Source: a virus
Taxonomy: Duplodnaviria > Caudoviricetes
Direction: 5' to 3' (one strand)
DNA length: 36,934 nt
Virus record (IMG/VR): IMGVR_UViG_3300025458_000007
Coordinates: 1-36,934 of that record
This document shows positions 26,196 to 34,682 of this stretch, one piece after another. Numbering within the stretch: position 1 is the stretch's first letter; the number at the start of each line of letters is the position of its first letter. The position numbers and the translations under genes are program-made. The notes beneath the pieces are model-generated. The model was not told where the DNA came from. It saw nothing but the letters and a program-made list of their open reading frames with translations, and ran no database searches.

Positions 26196-27323
26196 TTATT
26201 TTACTTCTTTGCCTGAAAAACCAGTAAAAGGTTTCTTACCTAGTCCTTTATTATACTGGCCCATCATTAACTCAAAGGACTCGTAGGCCTTAGTTCGCAA
26301 GGAGTCAACTTGGGCCTGAATCCCCGTATCTCCAGGTTGGGATAACGCTTGTTTCTGGAGAGTTATGTAGTCGCTGCTAGTTAGTAGCTTACCAATAGTA
26401 CTCATCCACGCCTCCTGGACTTTGTCCTGCACTGGTTTACTGGCCGTTGCATAGTTTTTGGCTATTTGAGAGTTTGTGTACTGTGCGTCTAAGCTGTTTT
26501 TCTCATCTTGTTTCTTGTTAGCTACTAGCGTAGTCATACCTCCTGGCGTAGCAAAAGTAACTAAGTTAGACTTAAGGTCATTCATGTCGGTACCGGTGGC
26601 AAATGCAGGCCCTGCTACCTCACCATTGACGGTATTGAACATTGATATCTGTCCTGTTTCCTCGTTTGTTTCGTACGTAATGCCTTTACCTTCTCCGTTT
26701 ACTCTATCCGCCCACGATATAAGGTCATCTATACCAGTGCCTGGGTTGGCTATCATTCCTTGCAGTTCTGAAGCATTTACTCTAGCATCTTTAGTGAATT
26801 CAGATATTTCATTATCTGTCATGTTGTTTTGAAAAGTGAAACCTTCGCCTTTACCGAAGCGTTTGTTTAATTTAACGAACGCTTCGGCAGCTGTTTTAGA
26901 GTTTTCAAAGCCTCCTTCAGCCCCATATTCTAGACTTGCTCTTTTGTTATACGACATCATAGCATCGTTGTAGGGCTTGTCCCTATCATAAGCCTGCTTA
27001 GCTTTTGCAGCTAGCATGTTATTGTGGCCAAGGGTGGATGCTTTTACGCGTAGGTCTATGGCGTCTTTGTGGTGCCCTAACCCCATAAGTTTATCAGCAG
27101 CATTATTGAACCTACCCACATCTAGGTCACCTTTGCTTCCGTAGTTCTGACCCCCCATCGTGTACCCAGTTGATATACCTTTGTCGTTAAAAGTCTCTGT
27201 TGCCTCTTGGTTCATAGCGTCTGACATAGCTGAATCTTTCCCGCGTTCGTCAGAGAAGTCCTTAAATGTGTCATACACCGAGTTGAAGTTCTCAGAAAAC
27301 TGCAGCCATCCTGATTTTGCCAT
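26196..27323 (-). CDS. Putative internal virion/ejection protein (375 aa)
   Basis: SD AAGGAGA precedes ATG 27323 (MAKSGW...), so the track's first 24 aa are probably not translated. Sits between a pilot-like gene and the giant protein. Confidence 0.65.
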   Translation of the reverse strand: MAKSGWLQFSENFNSVYDTFKDFSDERGKDSAMSDAMNQEATETFNDKGISTGYTMGGQNYGSKGDLDVGRFNNAADKLMGLGHHKDAIDLRVKASTLGHNNMLAAKAKQAYDRDKPYNDAMMSYNKRASLEYGAEGGFENSKTAAEAFVKLNKRFGKGEGFTFQNNMTDNEISEFTKDARVNASELQGMIANPGTGIDDLISWADRVNGEGKGITYETNEETGQISMFNTVNGEVAGPAFATGTDMNDLKSNLVTFATPGGMTTLVANKKQDEKNSLDAQYTNSQIAKNYATASKPVQDKVQEAWMSTIGKLLTSSDYITLQKQALSQPGDTGIQAQVDSLRTKAYESFELMMGQYNKGLGKKPFTGFSGKEVK

Positions 27324-27348
27324 TATTGAATCTCCTTTAAATCGTTGT

Positions 27349-28170
27349 TCATCTGTCCCAGTCCTTATACATTTTGTATGCACCAGCCGCGCCACCTAGA
27401 GCTCCACCGATGTCGCCCATTAGGCTTCCTCGGTTTTCACTTTCTTGCATGGCTATCTTAGTCTTGTTATTTAGTACGTTGCCCATAGTATTCAAGTTCA
27501 TGTTTAGACCGGTACCGATTACTGACGCACCTTGATTCATACCCTGTAAGTAGTCCTGCCCTGCTCCACGATAAGCGTTAGTAGCGTTAGCACCAGCAGA
27601 AGCTGCGTTGCCATACGCCGAAGTAGAAGCTCCAGATAAGTAGTTACCCAAACCTGCTGCTTGGACTTTACGGTTGAAGCCTGCATCAGCTGCACGTTCT
27701 CTAGTACCTGTCATAGCAGCGGCTCTGTTCGCCGAGTGCATAAGGGCGTTCTGAGCACCTATACCTTGGAACTTACCTGAATTTGGATTGACACCCATAC
27801 CTGCCATAGCTCGTTCGTTGGCCTTAGTTGTTCTATTGAATGCTAAACCAGAGTCAGCTGCGGCTTGAGTAGCGAGTCTGTTACGGTACGCGTCGGTGTC
27901 GAAGTTGTTTGCATCTGCAACGATGCTTTTCTCTAGAGGTCTAAAAGTGTCTTTGTAGTAATCGAAGTAGTCTTTACCTTGAGCTGCTTGGTCGTTCATC
28001 AAACCTGTCTGCGCGTCACCTATCGCATCCATCCTAGGTTTATTCTCGTCGTATATCTTTTTAGCTTGGTCAATTTGGTCTTGCCCCAACTGGCCCATTT
28101 TGTCTGAAGCTGCGGAACCCGCGTCTGTCAGTGGGGTGTAATCTGGAGCGTCTACATCTTTTTTACTCAT
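27349..28170 (-). CDS. Putative DNA ejection/pilot protein
   Basis: Ala/Gly/Asn/Gln-rich helical sequence; MGVNPNSG motif; C-terminal GDIGGALGGAAGAY glycine-zipper segment. Confidence 0.7.
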   Translation of the reverse strand: MSKKDVDAPDYTPLTDAGSAASDKMGQLGQDQIDQAKKIYDENKPRMDAIGDAQTGLMNDQAAQGKDYFDYYKDTFRPLEKSIVADANNFDTDAYRNRLATQAAADSGLAFNRTTKANERAMAGMGVNPNSGKFQGIGAQNALMHSANRAAAMTGTRERAADAGFNRKVQAAGLGNYLSGASTSAYGNAASAGANATNAYRGAGQDYLQGMNQGASVIGTGLNMNLNTMGNVLNNKTKIAMQESENRGSLMGDIGGALGGAAGAYKMYKDWDR

Positions 28171-28594
28171 TAGCTTTTCCTCTAAAGTAGTTCTGAGGCC
28201 ATAGTACCAGAAGTTTAACGTCTTGTCCTTCCGACCCAGCCTGTTTCATTACACCTTCTTCTTCGAATCCGATGTGTTTATCTAGTTTCAATGCTTTGGA
28301 ATTGTCAGCTGCGACCAACCCCGTAAGTCTCTTTAAACCGCATGACCCAAATGCGTATTGTATTACCGCGTGGTCTAACAGTTCTAAAAGTAACTTACTG
28401 GGTTTGCTGACTGCGATATGTGCAGTGGCGTTACACTCGTTAAAGTTGTTGAATACAACGCCGCTTACAATTTGACCGTCTACTTCAGCGCCCATAGCGT
28501 AGAACGAACCCCAAGAGGTTCTTTGTCCTACTTCCTCAGCTACCCACTTGCCAACACGCTCTTTGTCATCAAAGACTAAACGCGTTTCACTCAT
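28163..28594 (-). CDS. GNAT-family acetyltransferase-like protein in the virion module
   Basis: YAF...GLKRLTGLV..DN.KALKL..HIGF..EG.M pattern (RimJ/L-like). Confidence 0.8.
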   Translation of the reverse strand: MSETRLVFDDKERVGKWVAEEVGQRTSWGSFYAMGAEVDGQIVSGVVFNNFNECNATAHIAVSKPSKLLLELLDHAVIQYAFGSCGLKRLTGLVAADNSKALKLDKHIGFEEEGVMKQAGSEGQDVKLLVLWPQNYFRGKANE

Positions 28595-28625
28595 GGGAGC
28601 TTTGTATACTATTTAGCACAAGTTT

Positions 28626-28656
28626 ATTATATATCATAGTTAGCGTACACGGGCAA
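28626..28656 (-). promoter_or_regulatory. Possible sigma70-type promoter for the GNAT/ejection genes
   Basis: Minus strand TTGCCC, 17 nt, TATATA (TG-n extended; TATAAT 2 nt further on) in an AT-rich intergenic gap. Confidence 0.35.
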
Positions 28657-28896
28657 CTAATTAAAGTTACCTCCAGAGTACTTACTTAGCTTAGTCATGA
28701 ACACAGTTTGGAACTGTGACGCGGTAGTGCCCCCATCGAAGTAACCTTCATCTATCATCTCTTCCCACGCTTTGATAGCCTCAGGAGTAGCTTCCCCTTC
28801 GGGTTCCCTGTTAGGGTACGAAAAGGTAGTCATCTGTTCTTTCCCCTCGCTGTCCGGGAAACCGATTTTGATAGTTTTGTTAGGTAACGGTTCCAT
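28657..28896 (-). CDS. Hypothetical protein (79 aa), possibly tail-associated
   Basis: SD AAGGAG; follows the tail accessory genes. Confidence 0.65.
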   Translation of the reverse strand: MEPLPNKTIKIGFPDSEGKEQMTTFSYPNREPEGEATPEAIKAWEEMIDEGYFDGGTTASQFQTVFMTKLSKYSGGNFN

Positions 28897-28907
28897 GTTT
28901 CTCCTTT

Positions 28908-29942
28908 TTAGTAGTCTGCTGCGTTAATGATAGGTATTGTAATAGACGATGGTTGCACGTCCAACCCACCACCAGGGTTATTACGCCCCGCAGAGTCGCT
29001 TAGCCCTATGTCCGCGTGCGACGCTACCCACTTAGTACCTGTCCATCGTAGGCCCGCGATTACGCGCTTTATGTAGAAGTACACTTGTTCCCCGGGCGAC
29101 CATTGGAAGCTGATATCCCTAGTGCTTCTTCCCAGCTCAACTGCTTGGTGCGCAGGCTGACTTAAGGACGCAACAGTAGTACTACTCCCGGACAGGTACG
29201 ATTGAGCAGGATTGGTAACACCGCCGGAAGCGAAATTTATTGTCAGTATGTCTTTTACTTTACACGGCTCGAAGTCAGAGTGGAACATGGTACTACTAGA
29301 GCCGTTCTTTATAATCATCCCGTGGCCGGCGTTGTTGTACGAGGGGTCTACTTTACCAAAGCACAAAAGTCTAATACTACCTTTCGCCGTAGCGTCTGTA
29401 GCACCGCCCGAGTATGTTAGCAGTACCGCTACGTTCCACACCGTGTACCCGTTAGGGCCTGTTGTGCCGCTGGAAACCACCTGTACTACGTTTGCCCCGC
29501 AGCTAGAATTGGTTGAGTATACAAATAGCGTCGGTTTGGCGTACGATTCAACCGTGTAGTTGCCCACTCTAGACGTGTCTACTAAGTTCGCTGTGGGTTT
29601 GCTAAATACAACTACAACATAACTGTACCCCCCGTTACAACAGTACCCGTCGCACCCAAACCCACCAGCGGAAGGGTAGCAACAGTAGTAACCACCGTTG
29701 CACGTGTATTGTTCCTGGGTGAAAGTTACGTCTATAGTACCGCCGCTCCCAGCAGTAAAGCTGTAGCTAACCCACCCGGCTTGAGAGTTGGCCCTATAAT
29801 ATAGCGCTCTATTACCTATGTGGCTGGGCTTAACACCCCAGCTGGCCCACACAGCGTCGCCCATGTAAGCCATAGACGGAGTGGTGTCGGAGAACATCAG
29901 TACCCCGTGTTTACCCTCGAATGATAGTCCGTACTCTGCCAT
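28908..29942 (-). CDS. Tail-tip accessory / receptor-binding-like protein with a Cys-rich insert
   Basis: MAEYGL....G and internal HGMIIKNG...MFHSD pattern of tail-tip accessory proteins; contains CNGGYYCCYPSAGGFGCDGYCCNGGY. Confidence 0.6.
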   Translation of the reverse strand: MAEYGLSFEGKHGVLMFSDTTPSMAYMGDAVWASWGVKPSHIGNRALYYRANSQAGWVSYSFTAGSGGTIDVTFTQEQYTCNGGYYCCYPSAGGFGCDGYCCNGGYSYVVVVFSKPTANLVDTSRVGNYTVESYAKPTLFVYSTNSSCGANVVQVVSSGTTGPNGYTVWNVAVLLTYSGGATDATAKGSIRLLCFGKVDPSYNNAGHGMIIKNGSSSTMFHSDFEPCKVKDILTINFASGGVTNPAQSYLSGSSTTVASLSQPAHQAVELGRSTRDISFQWSPGEQVYFYIKRVIAGLRWTGTKWVASHADIGLSDSAGRNNPGGGLDVQPSSITIPIINAADY

Positions 29943-29943
29943 G

Positions 29944-30375
29944 CTACCCCGCGAACACTGCTATGGAAATGTTAGGTCTTTTCTCTCCACCGAAGGTTAA
30001 TATTGTACCTAGGCAGCTGAATACACCGCTTGTATTTCTAGTGAAGCTCGCGTTAGAAGTGTCGTTGGCGTCCGTGCCTAGCCCGGAGCTACCGGAGACA
30101 CCTGAGGCCCAATGAACGGTAGGTACGTTGCTAGCATCTCTAGTAACAGTGAAGTTCAAGAACGCGAAAGATGAAAGCTTTCTACTGTATATGGCCCCGT
30201 CTATCTCCATAGTCTGCGTGGGCACCAAGATGCTACTCCACGCCAAATCGGTGTACTCCCTACTACCTGTTCCGTTCCACGGTACTACGAAAGAGTCTGC
30301 TAGTAGTAATCCGAACGACTCCGTGTCCATCGATACGTTACCTGCAGCGTCTCTTAGTTCAAACCCGAAACCCAT
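29944..30375 (-). CDS. Tail-tip accessory protein
   Basis: MGFGFELRDAAGNV.MD start typical of small proteins following tail fibre genes; TAATG coupling to the fibre gene. Confidence 0.6.
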   Translation of the reverse strand: MGFGFELRDAAGNVSMDTESFGLLLADSFVVPWNGTGSREYTDLAWSSILVPTQTMEIDGAIYSRKLSSFAFLNFTVTRDASNVPTVHWASGVSGSSGLGTDANDTSNASFTRNTSGVFSCLGTILTFGGEKRPNISIAVFAG

Positions 30376-33300
30376 TAGGCGACTACCACCGAAGCGGTTG
30401 ACCTACTAGATATGTTCCCCGCCGCGTCTATTACATAGATGAAGTACGTGCCCGCTAGCGTAGGCGCTAGGATAGTAGTGGATGTTCCGTTGGTAGATTT
30501 AGTCTGGTTGTTGTACGCGAAGAACACAGTAGTTCCTGTAGGAGCCATCCATATTTGACTTGCTATGCTTCCAGTTGAAACGATAGCAACAGTGCCTCCT
30601 GGGGAAGATGTAGTACTAGTCGCCAGCACCACATTAGACATAGAAGTGGTTGTGTACGAAGCCGAAGATTTAACAGAAACGTTACCCGCTTCGTCTATCA
30701 CGTACCCGTAGTACGTTCCTTCGATATCAGGCATTTTAATGCTAGTAGAAACACCACTGGCGGAAGTAGTCATGCTTCCTGTAGGAGCGAAACTTGATGT
30801 GCCATTAGGAGCCAACCACATAGAGTTGGTTGAAGTTCCAGAAGAGGAAATTGCTATTGTGCTGCCGACCACTGCTGTAGTAGACGAGGCGAACGAACCG
30901 TTAACTACGCCACTAGTAGGTGCTACCGTGTCCAAATTACCTAAAGTAACACGTAGTACCCCTGAGCTGTCGAACACCCTAATTCTTGTGTTATTAATTT
31001 CCATCCTAGCGCCAGAAGTAGCGCTGCCAACGTCGAGTTTACCTCTGAACACACCCGCGTTGTTAACCTCCAGCCCGTAGGCTTTTGATATTCTCCAGCC
31101 GGCGATGCCGGAGTTGAAATTAGAACTCTGGATGCCGTCATGAATCTTAGCGTTTGTAATAGCAGCGTTATCTATATTGGCCGTTGTAATAGCAGCATTG
31201 GCAATCTTAGCGTTTGTAATAGCAGCGTTATCTATTTTAGCCGTTGTAATTGCCGCGGTACCTATTTTTGCACTGGTTACGGCAGCGGCACCTATCGTAG
31301 CCTCTGTAATCGCCCCCAATACAATATGCGCTGAGTCCACAGCTAAAAGTCCTATCTTAGCGCTAGTAATAGCTGCGTTCTTGATAAAGGCAGACTCTAT
31401 GTATACGCCCGCAGGGATAAGAACCGTAGTTCCATCGGTGTCATACGTGGGGGACGTTTTAACTGTAAAAGGTATTGTCTGGGGTGTAGTCGACCAAGCG
31501 GTACCCGTGTAGTATTTAATATCGCCGGTAGTGTCGTGAACCCACACTCTACCTTTGTACAAGCCTGTTGTTGGGGCGGAAGATGCCACTGTCGAGGCGG
31601 GAGCTACCCAAAAGGTATCAGCTCGTACTCCAAACTCCGAAGTTGGGGTAGCGTCGTTATTAGTAGATATTAAACCATACCCCGTAACGTGACCCCCATT
31701 ATCAATTTTTACTGCGTACTTGCCTTCAATTCCGTCTACAGAGCTCGCTACAGTGTTTACCGTAGTGAAACGGTCGCCTACTCGGGTAGATACGGTGTGG
31801 GTGTCCACCGCCATAGCGGCGTCATCTTTCCACGCAAAAGTACTGCCCGTTTGCGTAGCCGCCTCACACGTAGTTTTAGTAGCGTACGCCGAGGCTATGT
31901 TTGTAACGCCGGTAGTAGTAACGGTGCGCTCACAGTAACCTACCTGTTCTACTATCTGTTCGCCTACATAGGCTTGAGTAGCAAGCCCTACCTCGTCCCA
32001 AGCGCCAGTGCTGCAATCGCTACCGCAATCAAACCGGTATAGTTTTCCGTTATCACTAGTATCCGACCACAAGTCTCCGTCTCGTAGAACTAGAGTGGCT
32101 GGGGTGTTACGGACAAAGGTTCCCGAAGTAACTGTGTCGTTGAAGTCAGGCATAGTCGTTGAGAAGTAGCTTGTTACTTTACCATCTGCAGCCGATTGAG
32201 CGTCTCCCGCGTCTGCTATAGCTTGTGCTATGTCCGAGTCAGGTATAGATACCCACCCATCAACACTTGGAGTAGCTCCTGTGTCCTGCCAGCGAGACAT
32301 CGCGTACGAATTGTTCGTAGTGTTAAACCAAAGGTCACCTATAGACATCGTGAACGTTGGAGCACTTGGCGCACTAGCCTCAAAGTAAGTAGTAACCTTA
32401 CCGTTGGCTATGTTTTCTACGGTCACAATTCTACCGTCTTGCGCAGGCTCCCACGTACCAGTGCTAGACTTAAAGGCCCACAGCATATTCTCACTGTCTA
32501 GGTCTACCCAGGTGTCTCCGTTTTGAAGAACTAGAGTAGCTGGGTTGTTCCTTACCATAGCCCCCGTTCCGTCGTCAACGAAGTCAGGCATACCGTTTTG
32601 GTAGTACGTTTTAGTTTTAGTAGCCGCTAAAGTATCATCAGTGTATATAGTGGCTTCCGTCCAGTTAGCGCCGTCACTTTGGTATATCGCCCCGGGGGTG
32701 TACGTAGTGTCCGCAGTTCCACTTATAGGAATCCATATATCTCGTGTTACCCCTGTAGGTACATCATCAGAAGCATTACTATAGATTGTTCTTTTACCGT
32801 CAGCTAAGTCAGCTAAAGCAGTAAGGTTGCTATTATTGCCTATCTGAGACCATTCGTACGTAACCGGGGTTGTTGCAGGAACTTTAGGTTGGTACTTGTA
32901 AGTGTTGGTTACATCTACGGTTACTCCCCCCGTACTAACCTCTGTAGTACTCTCAATGAAGATGTCATTCTCCTTCATTCCCGTCTGTGAGGTGTGGTCG
33001 CCCCCACTAAAAACTACTACTTCTTTGTCTATCTCCCCACCTACGTACGTCTGAATTGTATCCGTACCGTCTATGGTCGCCGAAGTAAGGTTGACAGCTA
33101 CGGTACCATCAGTAATCCCAGTGTTTAATGAGGCTACTGAGTTCTGGGCTACGTACGCGTCTAGGTAAACTTTACCAACAGCGTTGTTTGGAGTATTTAC
33201 CCACCCTAGTGTGCCTTGAGACCCAGCTGTAGGGTCTTGGTACCTGTATATGCAAGTGTCATCTAGCGGGGTAACTTTATCTGTGTCAATCCACAAGTCA

Positions 33301-34682
33301 CCAAAAGACGCAGTGCCTGGTGCTGCATCTTGGAAGAATCCTACTATCTCTCCATCTGCAGTGGTCTGGGCGTTGCTCGCGTTAGTAAGCGCTGTAGATA
33401 TACCCCCATCTCTAACAGAGACAAAATCAGATGTAGATACAGAGTACTTGTGTAGTGTGTTCGCCCCACTAGTAGTGTTAACCCACAGGTCGCCCTCGTC
33501 TAAGTCGTATAATTCACAGACTACAGGAGGAGTTGCCGATGGGTTATCGGTGCAATTAGTGTCTACTTTCGCTCCGTGTACAGGTTTTACATTTTGGTAA
33601 AAAGCTTGCACCTTACCATCTGCTGTTGCCTGTGCTCCTGCCGCATCGGCAATTGCGTCACCAATACCACTGTCTTGGATATTAACCCAGGTTGTTCCAG
33701 AGTCAGGGTACCTGTGTAGTGTGTTCGCCCCACTAGTAGTGTTAACCCACAGGTCACCTTTCGACAGGTCGAACAGCTCACAGACTACAGGAGGAGTTGC
33801 CGATGGGTTATCGGTGCAATTAGTGTCTACTTTCGCTCCGTGTACTGGGGCGGTGTCTAAATAAAAGGTTTGGACTTTACCGTCAGCAGTACCTTGCGCC
33901 CCAGAAGCGGCATTAATAGCAGCGATGATATTACCGTCCTGAGCGTTTACCCAATCTCCAGCTATCGTACGCCCCGCAGTATGTAAAGGCCCGATAATAG
34001 CGTCGGGGTCGTACAGGTACATTTTGTTATCATCGCTGGAGTCTAGCCAGGTGTCGCCCGCTACTAAGCTAGAGCTGTCATATTTAGTCGTTGGGGCGGT
34101 TGCTTGGTGGAATGTAGAGTTAATTGCCCCAGCTAAGCCACTAGCCAGTTGACCGCTAGTAATTGAGTCTGTTAGTTGTTCTAGTAGGTAATCCACGTCG
34201 GGAGCTGTAGCCCCAAGGACTCCGTCTGTAGCGTTAAACGCTCCGGCCTCTCCGTTCACGTTCACCATGCGAACCCAGTAATAGTAACTCCCGTCGGAAC
34301 CGACGGCATCTGCATACATCCCTGATATAGTAGTACCTACCAAAACCGCTAGTCCCATGTCATCGGTGCTAGCTCTCCATACCTCGGTGTGCGAGTAGCA
34401 CTCCCCGTACGCAGTACCTTCCCAGGCTAATATTATCGAAGTCATAGCTCCGTTAGCAGTCAGGGCCGTAGCCGCAGGAGGGAATATACAGTCCAGGGCT
34501 ACCATAGGGGGTTCGTATGCTATACCTCCACCGGGGCCTCTGGTAAAAGCTTTCGATTCAATCAACTCTCGTTTGGTTACTAGCCCATCAGGAGACTCGA
34601 AAGACTCCCTAACGCGTTCCAGGAACCTACGCAAGTCAGGAGCTAAAGCCGTTACTACCGCAGGCAGGCCTAGTTTTTTCAT
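30375..34682 (-). CDS. Tail fibre / host-specificity protein (1435 aa)
   Basis: FnIII-like N-terminus (YYYWVRMVN..G..G); multiple DGKV..F....P....GD.W repeats; Y.VKID..G.V.GYGL...FGVRAD.F (DUF1983-like); AAITxAKI pentapeptide repeats; GWRI; LRVTLGNL; two terminal YVIDxAGN domains. Confidence 0.88.
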   Translation of the reverse strand: MKKLGLPAVVTALAPDLRRFLERVRESFESPDGLVTKRELIESKAFTRGPGGGIAYEPPMVALDCIFPPAATALTANGAMTSIILAWEGTAYGECYSHTEVWRASTDDMGLAVLVGTTISGMYADAVGSDGSYYYWVRMVNVNGEAGAFNATDGVLGATAPDVDYLLEQLTDSITSGQLASGLAGAINSTFHQATAPTTKYDSSSLVAGDTWLDSSDDNKMYLYDPDAIIGPLHTAGRTIAGDWVNAQDGNIIAAINAASGAQGTADGKVQTFYLDTAPVHGAKVDTNCTDNPSATPPVVCELFDLSKGDLWVNTTSGANTLHRYPDSGTTWVNIQDSGIGDAIADAAGAQATADGKVQAFYQNVKPVHGAKVDTNCTDNPSATPPVVCELYDLDEGDLWVNTTSGANTLHKYSVSTSDFVSVRDGGISTALTNASNAQTTADGEIVGFFQDAAPGTASFGDLWIDTDKVTPLDDTCIYRYQDPTAGSQGTLGWVNTPNNAVGKVYLDAYVAQNSVASLNTGITDGTVAVNLTSATIDGTDTIQTYVGGEIDKEVVVFSGGDHTSQTGMKENDIFIESTTEVSTGGVTVDVTNTYKYQPKVPATTPVTYEWSQIGNNSNLTALADLADGKRTIYSNASDDVPTGVTRDIWIPISGTADTTYTPGAIYQSDGANWTEATIYTDDTLAATKTKTYYQNGMPDFVDDGTGAMVRNNPATLVLQNGDTWVDLDSENMLWAFKSSTGTWEPAQDGRIVTVENIANGKVTTYFEASAPSAPTFTMSIGDLWFNTTNNSYAMSRWQDTGATPSVDGWVSIPDSDIAQAIADAGDAQSAADGKVTSYFSTTMPDFNDTVTSGTFVRNTPATLVLRDGDLWSDTSDNGKLYRFDCGSDCSTGAWDEVGLATQAYVGEQIVEQVGYCERTVTTTGVTNIASAYATKTTCEAATQTGSTFAWKDDAAMAVDTHTVSTRVGDRFTTVNTVASSVDGIEGKYAVKIDNGGHVTGYGLISTNNDATPTSEFGVRADTFWVAPASTVASSAPTTGLYKGRVWVHDTTGDIKYYTGTAWSTTPQTIPFTVKTSPTYDTDGTTVLIPAGVYIESAFIKNAAITSAKIGLLAVDSAHIVLGAITEATIGAAAVTSAKIGTAAITTAKIDNAAITNAKIANAAITTANIDNAAITNAKIHDGIQSSNFNSGIAGWRISKAYGLEVNNAGVFRGKLDVGSATSGARMEINNTRIRVFDSSGVLRVTLGNLDTVAPTSGVVNGSFASSTTAVVGSTIAISSSGTSTNSMWLAPNGTSSFAPTGSMTTSASGVSTSIKMPDIEGTYYGYVIDEAGNVSVKSSASYTTTSMSNVVLATSTTSSPGGTVAIVSTGSIASQIWMAPTGTTVFFAYNNQTKSTNGTSTTILAPTLAGTYFIYVIDAAGNISSRSTASVVVA
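31143..31250 (-). repeat. 60-bp-period repeat encoding NAAITxAKI pentapeptide units
   Basis: 31143-31190 and 31203-31250 differ at 2 positions. Confidence 0.85.
33449..33845 (-). repeat. Intragenic direct repeat with a 264-bp offset
   Basis: Identical blocks 33449-33491 = 33713-33755 (43 bp) and 33514-33581 = 33778-33845 (68 bp). Confidence 0.92.

Noticed and set aside
33449-33845. Diversity-generating retroelement TR/VR pair
   Set aside because: Both copies are in frame in the same gene, the differences are not adenine-specific, and no reverse transcriptase is in the window.
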